Notes: generated from the sequence alone by a model not told the origin. A stretch of DNA of 35,053 nucleotides from Candidatus Krumholzibacteriia bacterium (GCA_036351155.1 JAZBOO010000319.1:1-35053), one strand, 5' to 3'. Shown: positions 7,640 to 17,416, counted from the first letter of the stretch. Numbers and translations: made by a program.

Positions 7640-10105
7640 TCAGGCCTGAGCGTGCAGGGATCTGGTCGGCGTTTGGTGGGCGGTGGCCAGAAGCTTGACG
7701 ACAAAGGTTGTTCCTTGACCGGGTTGCGAATCGCTCAGGATGATTTCGCCTCCCCATCGCGCCAGGATTTCTCGGCTCCGGAACAAGCCGTGTCCTCCAC
7801 CTGGACGTCCGCTGGACCGACTACTGAAAACCTCGGCCTGCCGGGCCTCCTCAATGCCTTCGCCGTTGTCGGTGAAATAAAGGGCGATTTCCCGACCTTG
7901 GTGGGTGACCCGCACCTTCAAATCCCCCTTGTCCTGATCCCGCATGGCCCGCAGAGCCCCATCCAGCAGGTTGTCCAGAACAAACCGCAAATCCCCGTTG
8001 TCAATGCGGGCCAGCAAGGGAATGCCCCCCTCGTCAGCCCCTGATAAACTGACAGCCACCCCCGCACGATTGAACTCCTCGGTGCGCACCAGCAACATAC
8101 CCTGGATCATCCGCACCGGATCGGTGGAAAAATAGTCGTTGATGGTGGTGCGCAGATGAAGAAATCCCTTCCGGACCTGGCCCCACTCCTTGCTCAGGGC
8201 CTGCTGATTGGCCGCCACAATCTCGGACTTGAGTTGACCATCAGCCAGAACACCCACTCGGCGATTGATCCCGTCGAGGGCTGCACGGGTAGATCGTACG
8301 GTGCCCAGCTCGAACCGGGCATCTTCGGCCTGTTGAAGGATGGCAGCCAGCAAGGGCTCCACGGACTCCACATAATCTCCCAGCACCTGATCGATGCGCT
8401 GGATCAGCTCTTCTCCCGGGGCGATGTTCGAAGCATGGGCTTCAAGCAACCATACCAGCCGGGACAATCCCTTGGTCTTGCCTACCACCTGATGATGGAC
8501 ATCGTCCAGATCATGCAACAGCGCGATGAATGCCCGACGGTCAGCGGCCATACGGGCAGCTCCCATCGAGGGATGAAGGGGGCTCTGGTGTTTTCCTCGT
8601 CGTCTTCCCAGCTCGAAAACCATGACCAGCAAGAGCAGCCCCACCAACCCCAGCAGCCAGGGGAAAGTCCGGGCCCAGAGGCGCCCCGGAGATCTGGTGG
8701 CCTCCAGGATCCATTGCCCGTGAGAGTTGGCCGTCACCAGGGCCATCTGATTCGCCTGGCGTTGCCAGAAAAGAATTCCGCTTTTTTCCGAATTTTCTTC
8801 ACCAGAATAAAGAGCCCGAGCTTTGAGGTCGGTCCCCAGAATCAGAAAATCCCCACGCACGCCCAGTGTCAGGTAAATATCAAGGTGCCCATCCAACGGA
8901 AAATCTCCGGAACCCAGCACCTCGATATTGTTCTCATCCTGAAGCACCTGACGGTCCAGCAACAGGGTTTCCTTTTCGTAAAGAAAGCGGGTGACCGAGC
9001 CGTTGCCCGAACCGGCAATCAGCCAGAAGGTCCCTTGCCGTGGACCCGGGACCACCACCAATCCCTGGAATTCCGCGGCGCGGCGATTGGTGGCCAGAAG
9101 GCGCCGTTCCTGAAAACTCCAGACCGATAGCTGGTGGTTGGCTCCGGGCTGGTTGTTGCGTACCGAGAGAAGGATTTCCGGGTGGCCGTCTCCGGTCAGG
9201 TCATGAGTTTGGAGGTCTCCACTGGCAAAGCCTCCACCAAATTCCGTTTGCCAGACAGTCCGGCCCTGCTGATCCAGGACGATCAGGTAGGCACGGTCAT
9301 CGCTGGTCCCATTGATCAGCCGGCCGCCCAGGTTTCTGGGCGCGGAGGTGGCCAGGCATATCTCCTCCAGGCCATCACCATCCAGGTCATCAAGGACGAT
9401 GCCATTTTGAGCCACCTGAGCCCCGCCCACGTATTCCCAGATCAAGTGGCCATCGACTGGTGAAACGGCGCACACACCGCGCAAGGTGGCGTCGTACCCG
9501 GCCCGCCTGACCAGCAAGATGGCGGGTTGTCCCTGGCCATCAGCATCCGCCAGGACCCCTTCCGCCACATAGCTGCCGTCCCAGGTTGCTGGAGGCCTGC
9601 GATCCTCTCCTGACGGCAACTCCACGTTGACGCTGAACTCCATGGTCGCCGGGTCAAAACCCAAGAATCGCCACTGGGTGCGATTCGTGGAAATGACCGC
9701 AAAATAAAGCTCCTCGATGTTGTCTCCATTGGAATCGAAGCTGACGGCGAAATTCACATCTTGGTCATCGATCTGGAAACCGGCGGGAAAATGTTGCTCC
9801 CAGCGCACCTTGATGCCACTGGCGTCTTCCTGGTCATAAGCCAGAAGTTTGCTGGTATTGCATTCGATGAATTCCTGGGCCCCGTCACCATCCAGGTCAC
9901 ACAAGGCCATGCCCAGGATCCGGTCCGTGTCGGCTGGTAATCTGGTCCCACGCACGCACTCCAGCTGATAGGGCATATTTGCAGGAGAGAGAGATAACCG
10001 GGAATCGGCGAAGGCGGGCCGACTACTCACGAGCACCAGAAACAAAGCCAGGTAGAGGCCCGGCAAAATGACGAGGAAGAGAGGACTGGCATTTTTCTGG
10101 GTCAT
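7640..10105 (-). CDS. Membrane sensor histidine kinase-like protein with extracellular FG-GAP/VCBS-type repeats and HATPase_c domain
   Basis: Signal peptide from ATG 10105; six DxDGDG-like motifs; TM 'PWLLGLVGLLLLVMVF'; C-terminal 'FVLDNLLDGA', 'DNGEGI', 'GHGL', 'GQGTTF'. The 10189 start overlaps the upstream gene. Confidence 0.8.
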   Translation of the reverse strand: MTQKNASPLFLVILPGLYLALFLVLVSSRPAFADSRLSLSPANMPYQLECVRGTRLPADTDRILGMALCDLDGDGAQEFIECNTSKLLAYDQEDASGIKVRWEQHFPAGFQIDDQDVNFAVSFDSNGDNIEELYFAVISTNRTQWRFLGFDPATMEFSVNVELPSGEDRRPPATWDGSYVAEGVLADADGQGQPAILLVRRAGYDATLRGVCAVSPVDGHLIWEYVGGAQVAQNGIVLDDLDGDGLEEICLATSAPRNLGGRLINGTSDDRAYLIVLDQQGRTVWQTEFGGGFASGDLQTHDLTGDGHPEILLSVRNNQPGANHQLSVWSFQERRLLATNRRAAEFQGLVVVPGPRQGTFWLIAGSGNGSVTRFLYEKETLLLDRQVLQDENNIEVLGSGDFPLDGHLDIYLTLGVRGDFLILGTDLKARALYSGEENSEKSGILFWQRQANQMALVTANSHGQWILEATRSPGRLWARTFPWLLGLVGLLLLVMVFELGRRRGKHQSPLHPSMGAARMAADRRAFIALLHDLDDVHHQVVGKTKGLSRLVWLLEAHASNIAPGEELIQRIDQVLGDYVESVEPLLAAILQQAEDARFELGTVRSTRAALDGINRRVGVLADGQLKSEIVAANQQALSKEWGQVRKGFLHLRTTINDYFSTDPVRMIQGMLLVRTEEFNRAGVAVSLSGADEGGIPLLARIDNGDLRFVLDNLLDGALRAMRDQDKGDLKVRVTHQGREIALYFTDNGEGIEEARQAEVFSSRSSGRPGGGHGLFRSREILARWGGEIILSDSQPGQGTTFVVKLLATAHQTPTRSLHAQA

Positions 10106-10163
10106 TTTGCCGTTCTCGCGGGAGGTGGTAATCTTGGAGGGGATTATACCGTAAATCCATTCC

Positions 10164-11072
10164 TCATTCAAGCCGACCGGGCAAGGCATCCCCGACCTTG
10201 CGCTTGAACTCCCACTGCGCCAGCAGAATGCCCGCCAGCATCAGAGCACAACCGACCAGACCACGCAAGGCCAGCAACTCACCCAGCAACAACCAGCCGC
10301 CAATGGCCGCAAAGACGGATTCGGTGCTGAGGATGATGGCGGTATGGGCCGGTTTGGCCTGGCGCTGAGCCACGACCTGCAGGGTGAAGGCCACCCCGAC
10401 CGACATGATCCCCGCATACAGGATGGGGAAAGCCGCGGTCTGGATGGCCGGCCAGGACCAGGTTTCAAACACCAGCGCGCCGATCAGGCTCAAGAACGAG
10501 CACACCAGGAACTGAGCCACCGCCAGGCTGAGCGATGGCAGTGACGCCACCAGGTGCCCCACCATCAACACATGTCCGGCCCAGAACAGGGCGCTCAACA
10601 GCACCAGCCCATCGCCCAGGGCGATGCTGGTCCAGCTGGTGGCGCTCAGCAGGTACAGCCCTCCGGCGGCCAGGAGGGCGCCGGTCCACACCTGCCAGTT
10701 GGCCCGGTGCCCCAGAAGCAGCCCCAGCACCGGGACGAACAGGACATACAGACCGGTGATGAACCCGGCCTTGCCCGCCGTGGTGTACACCATGCCGAAC
10801 TGCTGAAAGGTGGAGCCCGCGAAGAGGAAGAAGCCCGCCAGCAGGCCGCCCCGGATCAAGGGCCGCAGGGGCGGCCGGGGCCTGGTCTGAATGCGTCGGT
10901 TCTGACTCATCAACAGGGGGAGCAGGACCAGGGCTCCCAGGGCAAAGCGGATGGCGTTGAAGGTCATGGGTCCGATGTGGCGCATGCCCACCCGCTGGGC
11001 CACAAAGGAAAAGCCCCAGATGGCGGCGGCCAAAAGGAGCATCAGGTTCGCGTTGCGGCGTGCGTTGTCCAT
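10164..11072 (-). CDS. DMT/EamA family transporter
   Basis: 'AAIWGFSFVAQR', 'KAGFITGLYVLFVP', 'GDGLVLLSA', 'AFTLQVVAQ', 'STESVFAA'; about ten TM segments. Confidence 0.93.
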   Translation of the reverse strand: MDNARRNANLMLLLAAAIWGFSFVAQRVGMRHIGPMTFNAIRFALGALVLLPLLMSQNRRIQTRPRPPLRPLIRGGLLAGFFLFAGSTFQQFGMVYTTAGKAGFITGLYVLFVPVLGLLLGHRANWQVWTGALLAAGGLYLLSATSWTSIALGDGLVLLSALFWAGHVLMVGHLVASLPSLSLAVAQFLVCSFLSLIGALVFETWSWPAIQTAAFPILYAGIMSVGVAFTLQVVAQRQAKPAHTAIILSTESVFAAIGGWLLLGELLALRGLVGCALMLAGILLAQWEFKRKVGDALPGRLE

Positions 11073-11127
11073 GGGCGGAATCTAATCGCCGGTTTACAAC
11101 CGGTCCATAAGTTCCGATCATACGGGC

Positions 11128-13359
11128 ATGAAAAAATTATCCTCATCCCCATGGTGCCGTTTGCTGGAAATGGCCCTGGCCATGTTGTTGCTGACCGCAA
11201 TGGTTGAAGGAGTGCCGGCCATGGAGCCTGTCTCGTTGCCTCTGGTACCCGCCCCCCGGGCCTGGCTGCCTGCTGAAGGAGTTCTGGCCGTTGCCCAGGC
11301 CCGGATCACCCTCGCCGAGGGAACCCCGCATCAAGAGGAGTTCGACGGCAGCGAGGTTCCCGGCGTCCAGGCGGAAAGCTATCGACTGGACATCACCCCC
11401 ACGGGTATCAAGATCACGGCCGAGCACCCCGCCGGGGTTTTCCGCGCGCGCCAGACCGTCCGTCAGCTTCTGGAATCGGGCCGCACTGAAGTTCCCTGCG
11501 GAGTGATCGAGGACAGCCCCCGCTTCGCCTGGCGCGGCATGCTGCTCGATTGCGGCCGCCACTTCATGCCCCTGGATACAATCAAGCACACCATCGATCA
11601 GCTGGCCCTGCACAAGTTCAATGTCCTGCACTGGCACCTGACCGAGGACCAGGGGTGGCGGCTGGATGTGCCCGGTTACCCCGAACTGGCCGAGGTGGCC
11701 GCCTGGCGTACCCAGACCGACGGTTCGGTGTACGGCGGCTTCTACACCGAGCAGGATGTGCGTGAAATCGTGGCCTATGCTGCCGAGCGTTTCATCACCG
11801 TGGTGCCGGAGATCGAGTTGCCCGGCCACAGCGTGGCGGCGCTGGCCGCCTATCCCGAGCTGTCCTGCACCGGCGGGCCTTTTGAAGTGGAAACCCAGTG
11901 GGGAGTGCATGCCGATGTGCTCTGCGCCGGCAACGACCGGGTGTTCACCTTCCTGGAAGATGTCTTCACCTACGCCCTGCGGATTTTTCCCTCGCGGTAC
12001 ATCCACATCGGGGGCGATGAGTGCCCCAAGGAGCGGTGGATGGCCTGCGCCCGCTGCCAGCAGCGCATGGCGGATGAAGATCTGGCCAGCGAACACGAGC
12101 TACAGAGCTGGTTCATCCGGCGCATGGAAGAATTTCTGGAAAACCATGAACGCCGGCTGATCGGCTGGGACGAGATCCTGGAAGGGGGCCTGGCGCCCTC
12201 GGCCACCGTCCAGTCCTGGCGCGGCACCCGCGGGGCCATTGCGGCGGCGCGGCAGGGCAACCAGGCCATCGTTTCGCCCACCAGCCACGCCTATTTCGAC
12301 TACGACGTGGCGGTGACTGACCTGCAACAGGTCTACACCTTCGATCCGGTACCCCCGGAACTGAACGAAGCCGAGGCCCGCCTGATCCTGGGCGGGGAAA
12401 TGAACCTGTGGTCCGAGTACATTCCCCCCGCGCGGCTGGACAGGATGGTCTTTCCCCGCATGACGGCCATGGCCGAGTGCCTCTGGACCGCCCCTGAAGA
12501 GAGGGATTTCCCGGCCTTTTTCCAGCGCCTGCAGCCCCACCTTGCCTGGCTTACCTCGCTGGGGGTAGACGTGGGGCCGGCGGCTCGGCCGGTGGGAGTC
12601 CTGGCGGATTTTGACCCCAAAACCCGGCAACATGACTTGACCTTCATCATGGACGAGGATCTGGACCCCGACACATTTGCCCTGCGGTATCGCATCCTGC
12701 CATCGGACCTCGTGTTCGACCCGGCACAGCTGGTGGAAGACCAGGACATTCCTTCGTTGACCACATCCGATCCCCGGGTGACCGGACCCATTGTCATGAC
12801 CGATCAGATGGACCTGGTGGCCGCCCAGGCCTTCCTGGGCACCTTGCCCTACGGCGTACCCACGGTGGCCAAGCTGACGCGACACCTGGCCCAGGGTATC
12901 GCGCCGGTCCTGGCGGTGCCGGCCAGTTCACGGTATCCCGGCGGCGGGCCCCACGGACTGACCAACGGCCTGCACGGCGGACAGAACTACCGCGACGGTC
13001 ACTGGACCGGGTTCGAAGGAGTGGATCTGGACGCAGTGATCGACCTGGGCCGTGAAACTCCCATTTCTCACCTCGAGATCGGCTGCTACCAGGGCGCCAC
13101 GGCCTGGATTTTTCTGCCCGAGAAGGTGGATTTTTTCCTGTCCAACGATGGTCAGACCTGGCGGCCGGTTGCCACGGTGGGTCATGACATCAGCAACAAG
13201 ATCCAGCGCCGGATCATCCATCGCTTCGAGGCCAAGGTGGCGCCGGAAGAGGCGCGGTACGTGCGCGTCAAGGCTCACAGCCTGATCACCTGCCCCGCCT
13301 GGCACCCCGGCGCGGGCGGTCCCTGCTGGGTGTTTGCCGACGAGATCGTGGTCAGGTAA
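11128..13359 (+). CDS. Beta-N-acetylhexosaminidase (GH20) with C-terminal discoidin/F5-8-like module
   Basis: 'DSPRFAWRGMLLDCGRHF', 'NVLHWHLTEDQGWR', 'PEIELPGH', catalytic 'HIGGDE', 'GWDEI', 'LWSEYI'. The true start may be a later ATG (e.g. 11170). Confidence 0.93.
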   Translation: MKKLSSSPWCRLLEMALAMLLLTAMVEGVPAMEPVSLPLVPAPRAWLPAEGVLAVAQARITLAEGTPHQEEFDGSEVPGVQAESYRLDITPTGIKITAEHPAGVFRARQTVRQLLESGRTEVPCGVIEDSPRFAWRGMLLDCGRHFMPLDTIKHTIDQLALHKFNVLHWHLTEDQGWRLDVPGYPELAEVAAWRTQTDGSVYGGFYTEQDVREIVAYAAERFITVVPEIELPGHSVAALAAYPELSCTGGPFEVETQWGVHADVLCAGNDRVFTFLEDVFTYALRIFPSRYIHIGGDECPKERWMACARCQQRMADEDLASEHELQSWFIRRMEEFLENHERRLIGWDEILEGGLAPSATVQSWRGTRGAIAAARQGNQAIVSPTSHAYFDYDVAVTDLQQVYTFDPVPPELNEAEARLILGGEMNLWSEYIPPARLDRMVFPRMTAMAECLWTAPEERDFPAFFQRLQPHLAWLTSLGVDVGPAARPVGVLADFDPKTRQHDLTFIMDEDLDPDTFALRYRILPSDLVFDPAQLVEDQDIPSLTTSDPRVTGPIVMTDQMDLVAAQAFLGTLPYGVPTVAKLTRHLAQGIAPVLAVPASSRYPGGGPHGLTNGLHGGQNYRDGHWTGFEGVDLDAVIDLGRETPISHLEIGCYQGATAWIFLPEKVDFFLSNDGQTWRPVATVGHDISNKIQRRIIHRFEAKVAPEEARYVRVKAHSLITCPAWHPGAGGPCWVFADEIVVR

Positions 13360-13377
13360 GCCGCCCCCTTGAGCCAC

Positions 13378-13412
13378 AAAAGAAGCCCCGGACCAGATGG
13401 CCCGGGGCTTTT
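13378..13412. terminator. Bidirectional intrinsic terminator
   Basis: AAGCCCCGG (13383-13391) / CCGGGGCTT (13402-13410) stem with A- and T-rich flanks, between convergent genes. Confidence 0.85.
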
Positions 13413-13433
13413 CCGTTGCACAGGAGAGGACAG

Positions 13434-15380
13434 TTACTTGACCAGCATGAGCTTGGCCGATTGCATCCCCTGGTCACTGATCATGCGCGCAAAGTAGGTG
13501 CCGCTGGGCACGGACGCTCCACGATGATCCCGCCCATTCCAGCTGACCTGGTTCAACCCGGCGGTGAACACCTCATCGGCCAGCTCCACCACCAGACGTC
13601 CGCTCAGGTCGTAAATCGCCAGCTGCACACGCTGGTCGGATCCCACCCGGAAAGACACCTTGGTGGCAGGGTTGAAGGGGTTGGGGTAGGCGCCCTCGAG
13701 CACCACGCCCAGCGCGGGAGTTTCCAGCCGCACTGCCTTTTCACCCAGCACACGGGGCGCACCATCGGAGCCCGTGATCAGCAGGGTGTAAAGCACCTCG
13801 CCGCCGAAGGCCTGATGGTCGATGGCCGAGAACACGCGGCCGTTCTCCACCTGGAAAGGCACGTCCCAGGTCCGGTCGGCGCTGGATCCGCGCAGCGTCA
13901 GGCGCTCCGCGTCTTCGGCACTGTTCAGACGCCAGTCGATGTGGACGCCATCGGCATGTACGGCACATTCCATCTCGCCCAGCAGAGCAGACACCACGCC
14001 GCCGTAGGTCAGACGGAAGCCGATTTCCACTTCGGCACGCGAACCCTCGTCGATGGTGATATCCTCGTCCAGTCCCAGCTCGTCGCTGGCCAGCACGACC
14101 AGGCCGCGGTCGTCGTTCCCGGGCACACCGGCGATTTCCACATCGGCGGTGAAATAGATGGACACGCCACCCTGGGCGTCGCGATCGCTCAGGACGACCG
14201 AGCTGATACCGGTGAAGTTGGTCACCGTGGCATCGGGCTCGGGTACGCCGTCTCCATCGGTGTCGACGATGTCGCCTTCCAGCAGCACGACCTCACCGTT
14301 GAAGATCATGGCCTCGACGTTCTCACCCGTGGGGAGATCCACATCCCAGATCACCACGTAGTCGCCGTCTTCATTCATGAAGGCGCCTTCGATGCTCCCG
14401 TTGACGATGTACTCGCCGATATCCTTGCCTTCACGCAGGAGAATGAAGCCATCGATGCAGACGAATTCGTCGGCGGTAGTTTCGTTGCTGGTGTCGCCGG
14501 TGAACATGTAGCTGCCGCTTTCGGTCACGCTGCAGTAGTCGAAGGCGCTCCAGTTCTCACCCGGGAAACCGCCGGCGGCCTCGGGCACGGGAGTGCCTTC
14601 CTGGACCAGCTGGCCGTCGATCAGCAGGCCTTCCCCATCGAAAACCATGGCATTGTTGCTGGCCGTGGCCGTGTCCATGGTCACTTCGGCAATGTAGTGG
14701 GTGCCGAACTTGGAGAAACGGTAATCGAAACCGATGCCCGAACCGGTCAACACAAAGGGAAGACCGGGCAACAGGTCGCCGCCCAGGAACTTGGCACTGG
14801 CGTCCATCCCGTAGAACAAACCGCGGATCTGGGTGGAACCGCCCTGGGTGTCGGTGATACCACCCACGAAGTAGGGAATCCCGTCCTCGGTCACGCCGGG
14901 CCGGCTGCCGAAACTGAACCAGTAGCCGGGCAGATCGGCAAAGACCATTTCCTCGACCGCCACCGGGATGTCGTCAATCCAGACACCGTCCAGGCCGGAA
15001 ACCCCGGTGTCCTGGTTGAAGCAGGAAGGGCTGTAACACGAAGCACCGCCGGCCCCGAATCCCCAGAAGGACTCGAAGGAAAGCTGCTCGTAGGGAGGGA
15101 AAATACCTTCCTGGCGCAACACCATGCCCGGGCCGCCGGTGGTGTGGCCCCAGATGGTGCCGATGGCCTCTCCACCGTTGGAAACATTGGTATTGAAGGC
15201 CCAGCCACCGCTGTGGTTGACCGCGGGATTGTTGATCGAATCGACCACGAAACCATCGGGCAGGCCGGTGACCGTTTGCCCTTCCATGATCAGAGCCACG
15301 GGGTCTTCGGCCAGCACACCGGTGGCGGCCAGACAGACCGCCGCCATGCACACCAGAACGTTCAGTCGCAATTTCGTCAT
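13434..15380 (-). CDS. Secreted acidic repeat protein with C-terminal FlgD-Ig / T9SS-like sorting domain
   Basis: GGAGG RBS, signal peptide, recurring blade-like units ('AVNHSGGWAF', 'SVTESGSYMF', 'FMNEDGDYVV'), 'DTDGDG', C-terminal 'YPNPFNPAT...IYDLSGRLV...WNGRD...SGTYFAR...KLMLVK'. Confidence 0.85.
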   Translation of the reverse strand: MTKLRLNVLVCMAAVCLAATGVLAEDPVALIMEGQTVTGLPDGFVVDSINNPAVNHSGGWAFNTNVSNGGEAIGTIWGHTTGGPGMVLRQEGIFPPYEQLSFESFWGFGAGGASCYSPSCFNQDTGVSGLDGVWIDDIPVAVEEMVFADLPGYWFSFGSRPGVTEDGIPYFVGGITDTQGGSTQIRGLFYGMDASAKFLGGDLLPGLPFVLTGSGIGFDYRFSKFGTHYIAEVTMDTATASNNAMVFDGEGLLIDGQLVQEGTPVPEAAGGFPGENWSAFDYCSVTESGSYMFTGDTSNETTADEFVCIDGFILLREGKDIGEYIVNGSIEGAFMNEDGDYVVIWDVDLPTGENVEAMIFNGEVVLLEGDIVDTDGDGVPEPDATVTNFTGISSVVLSDRDAQGGVSIYFTADVEIAGVPGNDDRGLVVLASDELGLDEDITIDEGSRAEVEIGFRLTYGGVVSALLGEMECAVHADGVHIDWRLNSAEDAERLTLRGSSADRTWDVPFQVENGRVFSAIDHQAFGGEVLYTLLITGSDGAPRVLGEKAVRLETPALGVVLEGAYPNPFNPATKVSFRVGSDQRVQLAIYDLSGRLVVELADEVFTAGLNQVSWNGRDHRGASVPSGTYFARMISDQGMQSAKLMLVK

Positions 15381-15475
15381 GGGGATACCCTCCTAGCGAA
15401 GCAGAGATGATGAGAAAGCAACCACCTGACCCGCTGGCGAGCGAGCGATGCGGGCCGGAAAACCGGGGTTGCTCA

Positions 15476-15501
15476 GGGGCACTTTATCACAAAAGTGTCC
15501 C
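15476..15501. promoter_or_regulatory. Inverted repeat in divergent intergenic region (possible operator)
   Basis: GGGGCACTTT-ATCACA-AAAGTGTCCC (9 of 10 Watson-Crick pairs); overlaps a minus-strand TGnTAAAGT extended -10 candidate. Confidence 0.35.
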
Positions 15502-15676
15502 GCCCGGGGGAAAAATTGGCCCCGTCAGGTCCTTTTTGAGGTGCATCATCAGAAAAAAACCAAAACCCGGGGGAGATTCCGGAGGGACGCCAAACAAAGG
15601 CTGCATTCAGGGGTCAAATTGTCCGCTTTTCGTTGAGCGGCTACCCTTTCCACAACACTCGATCCGGAGAACCGAC

Positions 15677-16258
15677 ATGAAGAAACTGATCATGACCACC
15701 CTGTGCCTGCTCATTGCGTTGCCCAGCTGGGCCATTGAAGATCCCACTCCCAACACCATGGGTATTTACCTGGACCTGCAGGCCGATGAGCGCTGCCTGC
15801 CCTTTCCCACCGATGCCTTGACCGAACTGACCATGTACCTGCTGGTCACCAATCCCACCTTCGGCACCCTGTCGGGATTTGAAGCCGCCTATTATTTCGA
15901 TGGTATTGCCGAGCTGAACTCGGTCACCTTCGCCCATCCCGGCGGTGTGGACGTCGGCGGCCTGGGCAACAACCTGGTCACCTTTCCCACGCCCATGCCC
16001 ACCAGTCAGGTGACGCTCCTGGCCACCATCACCGGAACATATCTGGATTTCGAATACGGGCCCGCGGTGCTCAAGCTGGTGGGGACGAACCTGCCCGTCG
16101 CCGATGTTCAGATGCCTGTGGTGATCATGGAGAACGGGGAGCGCATGGAAATGTCCCTCAGTTTCGGCGACGGCGCGACGGTGTTCATCAACGCCGGCTG
16201 TGAGCCCGTGGCCGCCGAAAGTCAAACCCTGGGGAGCGTGAAGAGCCTCTACCGGTAA
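15677..16258 (+). CDS. Secreted hypothetical protein with short C-terminal '(S/T)xGxVKxLYR' motif
   Basis: GGAG RBS, ATG 15677, signal peptide 'MKKLIMTTLCLLIALPSWA', beta-rich body, ends 'EPVAAESQTLGSVKSLYR'. Confidence 0.85.
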   Translation: MKKLIMTTLCLLIALPSWAIEDPTPNTMGIYLDLQADERCLPFPTDALTELTMYLLVTNPTFGTLSGFEAAYYFDGIAELNSVTFAHPGGVDVGGLGNNLVTFPTPMPTSQVTLLATITGTYLDFEYGPAVLKLVGTNLPVADVQMPVVIMENGERMEMSLSFGDGATVFINAGCEPVAAESQTLGSVKSLYR

Positions 16259-16277
16259 TTTACCGGGGAGGAGGGAA

Positions 16278-16311
16278 GCCGCCGCCCTGGAACGGGGCGG
16301 CGGTATCTTTT
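16278..16311 (+). terminator. Intrinsic terminator between convergent genes
   Basis: GCCGCCGCCC (16278-16287) / GGGCGGCGGT (16295-16304) stem followed by ATCTTTT. Confidence 0.7.
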
Positions 16312-17295
16312 CTAGCGCAACAGGGTGTGCCGGCCCTGGCGCACCTGTCCCGCCGATTCAAGTCGACTCACATACACGCCAGAAGGCAATGCACGACCCC
16401 GGCGATCGGTCCCGTCCCAGACCACGCGGTGCCTGCCCGCCGTTCTCAACTCCTCCACCAGCAGATCCTTCACCAGGCGGCCCGCACCATCGAAAATCCT
16501 CAGCGAAACCGCCGCATTCCGGTCCAGAGTGAAGGAGATAGTGGTGCTTGGGTTGAAGGGGTTCGGCACACCCGGCGCGAGGTGGATCCCCACCCGAGGC
16601 AAAGGATCCTCCACCGGGCTGTACCCCGTCAGAGTATAGTTTTCCACCATGCCCCCGGTAGCCGCCTCGATGTCGCGCAGGGACACCAGACCCACCCCCC
16701 GTTGATAGAAATCCAGACCGGTCACCGCCCCTGCCGGCGGCTCCACACCTTCGGGCAGATTCGACTCCATCACCACGTTGTGCAGATTGGGAGGATAGCC
16801 TGGATCGTAGGACGCCAGCACAATCATATCGGTGTACGACGGATCCATCTGGTAGATGCTGCGCAAGGCCGGATCCAGGTTTTGCCAGAAGCGAATCAGG
16901 GAGGTGTCGCAAGGGCTGTCAAAACAGACCGCGAAGGGCGCTCCGTCGACCATCTCCCCCAGCACGACGTCCGGGTCCAGGTCATAGAATATCCCCTCCT
17001 CCACGATCGCAAAAACTCTGACCACCCCGAAAGAACGCTGCACAATGGCGTGGTCCTCCAGGTTCTGGCCTCGCCGATAGGCCGGTTGTCCCTGGTACAC
17101 CACCTCCTCGAAAACGCTCTCGACAAAGGTGTCCGTGGGGTTGGCGGGATCGGCGTAGAACCAGGTGGCTCCCAGGTTCACCGGAAAGTACCAGCCCATC
17201 ATTTCGCCGGACTGGGCGCGGGCCGTTCTTGGCCACAGCAGCAGGAGAAGAATCAGAAGTACCAGGGTGATACGGATGATCCGGATGGTATGCAT
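16312..17295 (-). CDS. Secreted hypothetical protein with C-terminal FlgD-Ig / T9SS-like sorting domain
   Basis: Signal peptide ending 'TARA'; 'WYFPVNLGATWFY' start; C-terminal 'VPNPFNPSTTISF...IFDGAGRLVK...WDGTD...SGVYVSRL...HTLLR'. Confidence 0.85.
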   Translation of the reverse strand: MHTIRIIRITLVLLILLLLLWPRTARAQSGEMMGWYFPVNLGATWFYADPANPTDTFVESVFEEVVYQGQPAYRRGQNLEDHAIVQRSFGVVRVFAIVEEGIFYDLDPDVVLGEMVDGAPFAVCFDSPCDTSLIRFWQNLDPALRSIYQMDPSYTDMIVLASYDPGYPPNLHNVVMESNLPEGVEPPAGAVTGLDFYQRGVGLVSLRDIEAATGGMVENYTLTGYSPVEDPLPRVGIHLAPGVPNPFNPSTTISFTLDRNAAVSLRIFDGAGRLVKDLLVEELRTAGRHRVVWDGTDRRGRALPSGVYVSRLESAGQVRQGRHTLLR

Positions 17296-17393
17296 GGTTT
17301 ACCCCCCATTTGCGCCCCTCCCCAGGGGCTCGATCAAGGCCTGCTTCAAATGATAACACAATCCCAACTTGCCGCTCGAGAACTGGCGCCATA

Positions 17394-17416
17394 AATTAGG
17401 ACAACATTGTCTGATT
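17394..17416. promoter_or_regulatory. Palindromic operator-like site upstream of the small Cys-rich gene
   Basis: GACAA-CA-TTGTC core (17400-17411) in AT-rich context AATTAGGACAACATTGTCTGATT, 30 nt before the ATG. Confidence 0.5.

Noticed and set aside
15480..15497. CACTTT-N6-AAAGTG as a second site for the BMC wHTH regulator
   Set aside because: Arm sequence and spacing (N6 vs N7) differ from TACTTC-N7-GAAGTA; not enough to link them.
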